This document shows positions 27,795-38,500 of a DNA stretch of 64,000 bases, one piece after another. This DNA comes from Phoronis australis (lineage: Eukaryota; Animalia; Phoronida): positions 165,472 to 229,471 of the forward strand of contig NMRA01000060.1 of assembly GCA_002633005.1 (NCBI GenBank), written 5' to 3'. The notes below the pieces were generated by a model. It was not told the origin of the DNA. It searched no databases and saw only the letters and a program-made list of their open reading frames with translations. Made by a program: the position numbers and the translations under genes. Position 1 is the stretch's first letter. The number at the start of each line of letters is the position of its first letter.

Positions 27795-28060
27795 AGAAGC
27801 ACATCTGTCCAACGCATACGTCATGAAGAAATGCAAGTATGAAGGATTGGTTTTAGATTGCAGAAATCATTGTTGGGAAACGCACTTTTTCCCTGTTGAA
27901 ATCCGCCTGTCGTGGCTTCTACAATGACTCAACAAGACCATGCCTAACGGCTTGGCCTCTCCAAGGACCAGAGAAAGTCAACGCTAGAGACCTGAAGTAA
28001 AGTGTCCCTATGCGCAAGCTAATATATATGGCTCAACAGTTCGAGTAAATCTTTTCATAG
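27795..28060 (+). pseudogene. Fragment of a restriction-like endonuclease (RLE) from a HERO-type non-LTR retrotransposon
   Basis: AYVMKKCKYEGLVLDC...W...FPVEI, then after a frameshift CRGFYNDSTRPCL...SKVSLCAS*YIWL, the usual RLE C-terminal region. Confidence 0.7.
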
Positions 28061-29129
28061 AGTGTAGCTGACGGAAGATTCAGAAGTTGCGAGAGAAGAG
28101 GGATTGTTGAGTACTCCCAAACCTGGTTTAACCTATCGATGTCAGGTCCATAGTCCAGAGACCTCGCGTCTCCCAATCCCTCCGAATGTCAATATAGAAC
28201 CAGTTCTCTCAATGGATATAATGATACGCCACAACCCTGGTAACTTGCAGTTTACCATTTCAGAGTCATGGGTTCTTAGAAATGTACCAGGCTTTAAACA
28301 TAACACCCATGAAACAAATTAAACAACACCAATACTGAACAAAATGTCGAAATGAAAAACTCTTATCATCGCTGACCAATTTATAGACTGTTGCTAATAG
28401 GAGGTTCATGACACACTTGTGGCAACCCTTGGTACATTGACGAGACTATCCTCACCATCACGTTACCTTTACCGGATCACCTACATCTTGCTACTGGACC
28501 ACGTCAACTACCTCGCATCTCTGACATGATGAATTAATTCGTCAGAAGTAACATTCTGACTGATAATACCCTTAATGAAGCAAGTGCCGCCTGAAAGTCA
28601 TGCAGTCTAGCAGCCGCATGCAATCCAGTCCAAGATATTGTCACCTTCAAATGTCTTCAAGGAATCCAGCAGACCATGGAAGAAATTGAAAAGACATAGT
28701 CGTCTGTGGAATTCGATAAGAAGATGAATATTCAAACACGGTGTCACACTTCCAACTGCACAAGCTGTGACGTGTCCTATCTCTTGTGTCAGTGACTGTC
28801 TACCACGGTGACGTCTAACATTCTGGCCATTTTACAGTCTATTGCTGTAACAAAGACATCCAAAAAAGGCTCTACTGCTATGATGACAGGATCTCCAATT
28901 GCTCCTTTGACAAGGTACAGAAAACCCAAGTATTCCCCAGTGTCTACTTGTACGTACGATCAAAAATCTACAGTGGCCCATTTAATTAATAAAGAAAAGC
29001 CAAGAGCACCTGCACTGAAGCATGACAAGATTTTATACAGAGAAAGTACATATACATATATACATATACATATGTCTATTTACTTTATGGCATTCGAGGC
29101 CAGAGTTCCAAAGTACAATAACAAACATG

Positions 29130-30060
29130 TGTTCAAGCACAGTTAAAGACAAAGCATGGAGATAAACAATTAATCTCCACGAACTTTGGCTAGATATACG
29201 AACAATACAATTTTTGCACCAGGATTCTTCATAATCTTGTTGAAGTATAGTACAGGGCTATGGTTATCAAAATTCACATTTATATGTTGCTGACGGAGAT
29301 CTGCGTAATTATTACAGACCAACGAAAAGTGCAGTTCGTCTTCAACGTAGTTCATGTCATAGAAAACGCAAATTCTGTTTCAGCAATATATTTGTTGTGA
29401 CTTTCCGTTTTCGCCTCCAACTTGTGGTTCGCACACTGAAACCTTGCAAATTTTTCTACAAAATGGCAAGGTAGATTAAACTGAGAATATTCCTCTTAAG
29501 AGAAATAAAGTTTGAAAGATTTAAAATAGGACAATTCGGGCTTTCCACGATTGTCAACTTCCAAACCTTCTAGGTAAAAGTCTATTACGCTCTTGGAAAA
29601 TTGATTTACACTTGATAGAAACCATGCTTGGACAAAAGCGATCTGACTGAGGAAGCCCAATAATAAGAAAATCTACCGCTATTGTCTTGAATCAATAGCA
29701 TAGCAGACACAATTCGTACACTGTACATACCTGCTTGACGGCAATTTCAGTATTTCAAATCAATATTTTATACATGTGATTAAATGTTTTGTAAACAATG
29801 GATAACACCCGCAGTCACTTAATACAGCTGCATTAGAACAAGAAGTGCTCACGTCAAGTACCATACATAATTTCATGTGAAAACGTTATGTTATCATACT
29901 CTTTAAACTCCCAGATTTCAGCCCCAAAATAAATTGTTGGATAATTCATTTTATCAATACATAGACCGTGCAGTGCGTTTCGACACCAGTTACGTTATTC
30001 ATAAATGGACACAAGATATTTGCTCTCTTTGAAAACGTAATGGTCGCATTTGTCCAAATA
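29130..30060 (-). pseudogene. 3' fragment of a LINE ORF2 (RTEX/L2/CR1-like C-terminus)
   Basis: Decayed SNAAVLSDCGCYPL..., RFQCANHKLE... and RICVFYDMNYVEDELHFSLVC..Y.DLR motifs typical of the post-RT Cys/His region; multiple stops. Confidence 0.65.
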
Positions 30061-30175
30061 TATCACTATTATTACAATCTTTTACGCACATTAGAAACTC
30101 GTTTAGATACATAGTGAATAAAAAAGGACTGACCATACAACCCTCAGTGGTGCCAACAGTATACTTGAATTAATA

Positions 30176-31354
30176 AATAAGACCTTTGGGAGATTTTATA
30201 CAAATACGCAAATAGCTCACTTGCGAGTTTCTCGTTAGTCACTGTGACGTCACCGGAAAAGGGGCAAAACCCGCCATATTGCTCTTGTTTTGCCCCGAGT
30301 CTTTGCTACAAACGCTAAAACTTACTGGTGTTCTTATGGTGAATTTTACGCTTAAAACGTTAAAACAACTTAAGATATGGTAGATGGACCGCGGAATAAC
30401 TGTGAATGGACGAAGAAAATGTGAACTTGTTATGTTGTGCGAAGCTGTGAACGGTCTGAAATTGGAACTTAACCCGCTCTAGGCCTGAATGCTGCAGGCA
30501 TACAGGGGCAATAGTGTATCACCATAAAAGATATTCACTTCAAAATACAGCAAATAAAATCAAATGAAACATGCATATGTGCACATAAAGTTATAATTAA
30601 CACATACCCTGACTCTGGACACAATTTAGTCTACAAATAACTTTAGCATATCCATGAAAACCTCGCGGTTCTCTCGAGTTTCTGTCACTGGCCGCCATTG
30701 TGAGGAAGTTACGTGAAATCACGCCTGTTGACGAACAAAAAGTCCAAGGGACACAAATCTTACAAATTTCACTTGATATTTTCTCATGCTATTTTGCAAG
30801 TGTCACGCGCCAGGTCACGCGCTTCGCTCAGTCTCGCGCTAGCCTTTGCCTCATACTCTCCTGGCTCAGTTGAAATATTTAGTAATTGTAGTTAACAGTA
30901 ACCACAAAGTGGAGTTGGAATTCTTCGCCAAAGTCACCTGAATTTCCGTATATATGCTTCATCGAAGATATGTTTAGAAGCAGAAAGAGTCACTGAAGAA
31001 AGTAAGAGCCTTTTAGGTGGTAATTTTAGGTGTAGAATGTATTTTTGACGAGGTGAAAACTTTATCAGTGAGCGGATTTCGCCTTCCGCCCGTTTAAAAT
31101 ACACGGGACGAAATTAGTACAGAACGCGATAGAACGTAATGTAGTGCTAATCTGAATTTCATTTGCCATAACAGCAATGCTTTTTGGACATTTTTCGAAC
31201 TAAACGGCTAAAAACTCGAAGACAGTAACAGAATACACCCTGCTACCGTATTGGGCAAATGACCAAACGACAAGCTTTTGCCCACTTCCCGTGACGTCAC
31301 AGTTAAGTCTCACATAATATCGCGTTATTGTTATAAACTCGCAAAAGGCCTATT
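30176..31354. mobile_element. Non-autonomous TIR element, unclassified
   Basis: Left AATAAGACCTTTGGGAG...ACTGTGACGTCACCGGAAAAGGGGCAAAA is an imperfect inverted match to right TTTTGCCCACTTCCCGTGACGTCACAGT...CTCGCAAAAGGCCTATT. Confidence 0.65.
30481..30940. repeat. ~460-bp interspersed repeat; inverted copy at 45681-46158
   Basis: GCTGCAGGCATACAGGGGC, AAATAAAATCAAATGAAACATGCATA and AAAGTGGAGTTGGAATTCTTCGCCAAAGT all occur reverse-complemented at 45.7-46.15 kb. Confidence 0.8.
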
Positions 31355-31655
31355 TATTTTTTACCTAAACATCATTCAACAAAGAATGGACTCACCGGAG
31401 ACAGCCCAAGAGTTGTTATCTCTGCGGCGAAGGATGTTAAAGTTGAGTCTCCGATGAGTTGCCAGCAGTCACTGGTACGGTGCGCGGCTTTAGACGCTCT
31501 GCGGCTGGGTTAAAGATCTTTTATAGGCCTAACTATCCCCAATTCCCGTACCAGGATGAATTTCAAAAATAACTTGACTTGGCTGCGTCAGATGTGATAT
31601 GCGACGTTGATGTTGAAATTGCGCCATATTTTTTATGTTGATTTCCTTTGTTGGT

Positions 31656-32700
31656 TTATAATTCATATATTGCAATATAGGCATCCAGGGGAGGCTTGGA
31701 TGTACTTGTGACTGTAGAGTCGTCAAAATTTATCCATTCCCATGCTGACGATTTAACACAGCATGTGTAAGGACCACCCGTCGTGTTTCTTCAATGGTGT
31801 TCAATGACTGGTTTTATTTTGTAGCCGGAGAGGTCATAAGAGGAAATCTTTGTGTTGATTTTTTCACCATTAGTCGCGGTTCGTAAGATCTGAATACAAA
31901 GGTATTTTGACGGTTTTACTAATGACCATGTGAGCTGGCCACTGAGACTATTACAGTTTGGGCAACTAAAGTCCTCGATGTCCAACGACGTCCACAAGCT
32001 GTGCCACAACTCCTGCATAGTTATTTCTTTCCTTAGCGTTGGGAGGTAGACGGTCAAATCCCAGTCTATCTGTGTTTTTTCTTTGTTGTTGAGCAGTTAT
32101 TACAACTCCTAGTTTGCTTCTTTACGTGTTGGAAGGTACTAGTAACCTCAGATGTTACATTATCAGCGTTGTGAGCAAGTGTGTCTACGTGCCATTGGTT
32201 CAGTAACCATAGTAAAAATTCATGGGCATCCTGTTGACTTCCGTTGCCAAGAGAGTTGTTCTGTAATCTTAGTTTATTCAAAATTTCAGACGGAGTTGAT
32301 GTATACCTTTTAGTTGCCTCATATGTGTTCACAAGGATGGTTTTCATATTGTTTTTCTTGTTGATATTGTATGTGTGCCAGTTGAGGTTGCATGAAAAGA
32401 TAGCTTGAAGTGTAGAGTTCACAAAACACGTGTTTCCAACATTGCAAAGACCAAATGATTTGTAGATGAAGCCTCTACTGCCAACTTCAACAGGGAACAG
32501 GACTGTTTGCCATCCTGCATTTTTACATTCTTCGACGAGATTTGTATATTTCATTCTTTTCCTCAGGTGTGCTGATTCCATATTGTCTTCTGCTGGTATT
32601 GTAAGTTCTATTAAAACTGCTGTTTTTGCCTGAATTGACCATAACACAATGTCAGGTATTAATGCCGAATCTGTACTCAGACTGTAAATGTTTAAGACAT
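31656..32700 (-). pseudogene. Decayed non-LTR retrotransposon 3' part: HERO-type RLE endonuclease fused to a ubiquitin-specific protease (peptidase C19) domain
   Basis: PDIVLWS...VLIELTIPAE...AHLRKRMKY..LV.EC...GW....FPVEVGSRGF is followed in frame by GLCNVGNTCFVNSTLQ (Cys box), QQDAHEFL, two CxxC pairs, LCIQILR, IEHH*RNTTGGPYTC (His box), WINFDDSTV and DAYIAIYE, with stop TAA at 31656-31658. One frameshift at ~32060 and one stop at 31791. Confidence 0.85.
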
Positions 32701-32835
32701 TTCCATGGATTCCAATCTTCTGTAATCTTTTCCAAAGTAGTACTTGAACAATTTTATCAAAAGCTTAGAAAAAAAAATCACAAAGGCGAAATAGAAGCGA
32801 CCACCGGCCTTGCTGATATATTTTGGCATATATCA

Positions 32836-32862
32836 TACATGTACATGTACATGTACATGTAT
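32836..32862. repeat. (TACATG)n microsatellite
   Basis: ATACATGTACATGTACATGTACATGTAT. Confidence 0.8.
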
Positions 32863-35517
32863 AAAGTGAAGTTTTCATTCTGCGTCCAATAACCCTTTTT
32901 AAAATCTACATAAGCTTTAAGAAATACAAAGTTTTGTTCAGCCCAACACGATTGTTCTCGTCATTAACTTGTTAACTTGTTTATCATCTGTATCTATATC
33001 TAACTCTACATCCGCCAAGCTTAAATACTTACATCCGTGTAGTTCACAGTACCGAAAACGATCTCCCTTGTACATTTCTCTTGGGGACAGACAGCGCTGA
33101 AATCAACAAGATCGCATGAATAAATATAACCATGTAAGTTAAAGCAAAGATAGTTGTAGAATAATACGAGTTTAAAAATAATGACATAACCCATCTAAGT
33201 CAAACATGGTTGTTACTCGCGAAGAAATATTTGACAGTCGGAAATGTTTGTTTGGCAATGAGCCATGGAATAACCTAGTGGATGTGGGGGTGCATTTAAC
33301 ACAGCGACTGGGGACATATTACAACAAACCATTAAACCCGTGAACTTTGATGCTAACCTCATGACTCGTGAAAAGGGACTTCAAAATGTTTTATTAAAAA
33401 CGATGAAACTTTTCAAAAATGTCTTGTTTCAGTATCTTTCGAAAGAACATAATAAACACTGATCTCGTTATTTGTTGAGGACGTTGGCGGACGTTTAGGC
33501 CCTCTAAGTGTGTTGTATTATATGAACAACATTAAATATTTTGTTGGTCGCTATGTCATTTTTTAAAACAATTTGAGATTACACGCCCGTCGATCTACTT
33601 TCTTATGTACCTTCCAATAGAAATGTCCTTGAATTTGCTCTGACAAGTTATTTCGGTGCTGCCATATTCCAAGAAGAAACCTGAAAAAGTAAGGATAAGA
33701 AACCGTAAGTGAAACAGACAACTTTTACAACACGATTCGTGTTAGAATTTAGACTGACACTGTTCTTAGTTTGATTTTGCTTTATTTTTCTGTACAGTGT
33801 ATGTTATTGATTGGCATGATCCCCTTGAGATCAGAGCAGTGATGATGTAATTTGTTTACTACAGAATTGGTAAAAAGTTCTAGAGCGTTGCATGAGACTA
33901 TAATTACCCAGTTAAGGGTTTGGGACAGTCAGTTGAAGGAATTTAAAGTTGAAAACCAGTTAGTTACAAGAGAGTTATTGTTGAGTTGCTGAACGTGTTT
34001 TAGAAGTTCATCACAAGTCAAGGCTTTGCAGCACTGACTGTAGCGTATAACAGACATTACGTTGGGCGTTTTGTTTGAGTAGGCTTGTGAACGTACGTTC
34101 CTGATTAACTCGAAGAAGTCTTCAGTCAATCGTCGCACCGGAAGCTATTAGCACCGGTCTTCACCTATTCGTTGTGTCGTAAAGAGTTCACATTCCGTTC
34201 ATAACAGCAAACTTTCTAAGTGTTTCAACATGACATTATCTCCGCTTTGTTCTGTGCTTGCTTATGTTTGATTTATTGGACAGCTTAAACATAAGTGTAC
34301 AGGCAAAATCACGTACTTGATCACATTTCAGGTGGGCGTAAACGATTTGGAAACATTTTCACGAAGAGTGCAATCAGTTCTTATTTGAGGGAGTACGAAA
34401 TTTACCAAGGACGTCGCAAAAACATCATCATGGACTTCTTGTTTTGAAATCGTGTTAACGAGTTTTCAAAGGGGAATCTTCAATGTAAAGCGAAGGACAT
34501 GGGGGCGATCCGTAGATCGCAAAAATTGTTAGCTTGAACTTGTTGAGAACGTTTCTGGTTATTGAACGAATACCGTGAACCGAATCCCTCATCCTAGCAA
34601 ATTCTTCAGTGGCCGCTACTTACATGTAGGATAATTACACTGTATGCTAGTACATGTAAGCTATCGAGCTTAGGCCTACACGCCAAGCAATTGCTATTCA
34701 TTTGCGTGATTTGGCAATGTCTTGCGAGAATTTAGTTTACTCGTACATGTAAGTCACTTTGTTTTCGGAACATCCTCCGGTTATAGTAATATACTAAATT
34801 TCCTTTAGCAATGAAAAAACATGCTCGCTGTACAAGGAAATTTAGGATGTCACAAAGTAATGTTCTTTTAAATCTCAGTTGGTGAAAAATCCAACGCAGT
34901 ACAATCATCAAAAAACGATGAAAAGCACCATGCAAAAATTGCGAATTCAGGAATTTTCTGAAGACTTTTCAAGTTCTCAATCATATGATCATGTGTCAGA
35001 CGGGTGGAAACAAAGCGAAGACCACTAATCTAATGTAAGTGCAAAACGTCAGTTTTAATTGCCGATTTATGGTAAAATACCGTATAGCGGTATGCAACTT
35101 ACATGTATGTTTTTTTGAAATTTAAGCCATACACGAGATCATATGGCTTCGTACATGTACATTTGTCTTACTCAGTTGATTGTTTGAAATATGACCTTTA
35201 TTCTGAGCTCTCCTCGTGTTGCTCATTTTCTCCAGAAAAGTCACAGTAATATGGTGATAATAAGAAACACTGAACTGTTATACTCATATTTTGTAAAAAA
35301 CATCTGTTTCATTAATAATTAATAAAAATTAAGAGAAATGCTTTAACTATGAATATTTAAAGCAAACTGTTATAACCGAGAGTGTGAACATTTTCACCCA
35401 AAATCACTGTTGGAGCCAGAAAAACGATCTTTTATAACTAGGATGCTGATTGTTTGCAACTGGGAAAATATACTGATGTCACCTCGGTCGTAGCTGTCAC
35501 CACGGTTTCACGTATGC

Positions 35518-38500
35518 CTGTTCTGATTTGAAAAGTGGCTTAGTAACAACTACAACTACAAGTAGAACACTAACTTCTCAGTGTTCAGTGTTCACTTCAG
35601 TCAGTAAAGTGCCAGGCAAGTAAAGAATGTAAAACATTTCTTGTACCTTTAATAAACTTTTGATATTAAATAACCCTGTTCAGAAAGTAAAAACAGGTCA
35701 TTTGCCCGTGTTGAAATAAGCAATCCTTAATCAAGTATAGCCTTACCTTGATTGACTGTTATTCGAGATCTAAATCAAAGTTAAAAATCAAACACAGGCT
35801 TTCACCGTTATATTTTTCCAAGTCGGTGGATTATGTAGGTTTGATCTGGGTATACACACTGTTGCAGTGTCCCACTATTCTCTTTGCACTATGTTTCCTA
35901 TGCGTCAGTGTTACCCGGGCCCTATGTTCCGCTCTCCCGAAGTCCCCCCACTCCTTAATTTAATTTCTATAAGGGTAATATGTTGGTGCTTCCTACGTAT
36001 GCTTAGCGAAATCGCAACAAAAAACCTTGACTTTCAGCGAAAAAATGCATTATATCTGCTGCATGTTTGTGCTCGTGTATTACAAGTGGTGTGCTTAATC
36101 TCATATTTCGTTGATGCTCATCGAAAATCGAGTAAAGTGATTTATTCAAATCTGCAGACAAATTCAGTTTGTTCCAGACCAAAAGACTAGAAAATGTTAC
36201 TTTACACATGTAGACAAAAAGTATTCCGCAGTACAGACCATGTCACAGTGAACCTGGTTTACAACAGCTACTCAGTTATAAAGTTCCAGGGCATACAAGG
36301 TGGTTTGGTTATTGAAAATGTAGGTGAAACATCTTGTGAGGTTTGCTGCAGTGTGGTTTGGCTATATTTTTTAAGTACAGCAGTTTCAAAATCAGTTGGA
36401 CAACTTCAAAATTCAACAAAGTTTCGACATACAAACTGCGACTATCTATTTCTTTTTGACAAGAATCCGTTTTACATGCAAATCCATGTCACAAAAAACC
36501 ACCACGGGTGTTGCTCCTTGCACTCTGTCAAAATCGTGGCTGCATACCATGCAAGTCTGTTTAAAAATAAAGCAGCTGCTGGGTGCAATAACATCCAAAA
36601 AAAATTCTGACCGCCAAATAACTCTGGCAAGTGGGCAAAGTTCTGTCAAAGTCTTTCTAGTTTATTTTGAAAATTACTGTATCCATGATAAAACAAAGCT
36701 CTCTTAAAAACAAGAAAAATTCCTTTTTTTTGTTGCAACTGAGTGTTCATGCATTCCTCAGACATTTCAAAAGAAAGCGGCTCATGCAAATCCATTAGTC
36801 TCTTGTAATACAGGCTATGTATACTTCACACATCTTGCAACTTCAGTATCTGCATTTCTACTAAAAATTTTGCAATCAAGTTGCTCTCAAATAACTTACC
36901 CATAGACCATAAAACGATCATACAACTTAGAAAACAAGCAGGACTTTACCTGAAAGGTTGCAACTTGCATAACTTAGCTAGTACAGTGTGACAGAATATA
37001 TACTTTTACTTTGACATTACACCTAACATGCCACATAGTTATAAGTGCCCTACAAGAGGTTTCGTTTCAAATGTTGTAGCGTGAAAGACAGTCAGTTGAG
37101 ATAAAACAGGATTGGAGGTTTTCCGCATAGAATAGCAAATCTTTACGCGAAAGATTGTAAAAAACAATGCTATTCCATCAGATTACACATTCCTGTAATG
37201 TATGAGATGTATATGAGCCAGCAACTGAACTAAAACCTTACAAGAGCAATGCGGAGCGTTGAGATGCCCCCACGAATGCACCACAAACCATGAGCTTCTA
37301 GAGTTGTTAATTTGTATCATGAAAATGGCAACTAGATGTCACAAAATGTCCAATCCATCTGAAAATGCAACATGCCACCGCTTCTTTAACAGAAAGCTAT
37401 TTACCCGATTTCATAAAAATCTGTCGAGGAATTTCAGAGAAACAAAGGAAAACAAAAAATTTGAAATTGACACGAGAAGGCACAACATCTGCCTGAAAGT
37501 TGTCTATTGTTAGCTTCACATAAATACGCTTACTAAGTTTAATAAAGATCTTGCAGTTGGTTTACGAGACAATTTGTGCAAAACAAAACTACCATTAGGA
37601 GGCGCCACAGTATACAAAATCGTCATCACACTGAGAACATGCTTGCCAATTTTCAAAATCACCCCTAGACTGGTTTGGTTGATAGAGGTGGATGCCGACA
37701 ATTAGACTCACAATACTGACAGTAAAAATGGCCACTAGGTAACGCAAAGAGGATAGCGTTTTCCCACTAATAGATGCCCAAACTACCCAATTTTATGAAA
37801 ATCCGTTGAGGACCTTTGAAACTACAGAGCTAAATGTAAAAATTAAATTGCCATAAGGGGGTGCAACAGTTGTCTGATCCATGCCAAAGTCGTCGCCGTT
37901 CGTTGTCAACATCATATGAATATACTTGTTACATTTAGTAAATGATCTTGCAAATAATTTCGTCGGAAAATCATCAGTCGCCCTCTTCACCAATTTTAAA
38001 AATCATCCTCAGAGTGGTGATAGAAGGGTGGACGAAGTAAAAATGGCCACTAGGAGGCGCAAAGTACCTCAAATCTGTCACAACGGGAGGACGTCATCAT
38101 CTCACTAATAGATGCCTAACTGCCAAATTTTATGAAAATTCATTGAGGATCTCCAAATATGTAGAGGTAAGTGAAAAAAAAATTGCCACTAGGGGGCACA
38201 CCGCTAGTCAGAGAGGTCCGAAATTCGTCATTGTCCGTCGTCAGTTTGATAGGAACACATCTGCCTAATCTCAACCAGTTCCTGTGAGGGGTTTAGGAGA
38301 CACAGCTGCGGACGCCAGATGACGAATGCCTAGACAGATGAAGGCAATATGCAACCACATATAAAGATGTGGGCACATATACGAAAACGAAGCAGTGCTT
38401 TAGATGAAAGGCTCTGAACTGACTTATACCATACCATAACAATGTTTTCAATGTAGACGTGGTACAGTCAATAAAGTGCACTACTTTAAACGCAACAGGT

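Noticed and set aside
31440-31490. Hammerhead ribozyme (CCGATGAG followed by a hairpin)
   Set aside because: The core deviates from CUGAUGA and no GAAA follows the stem.
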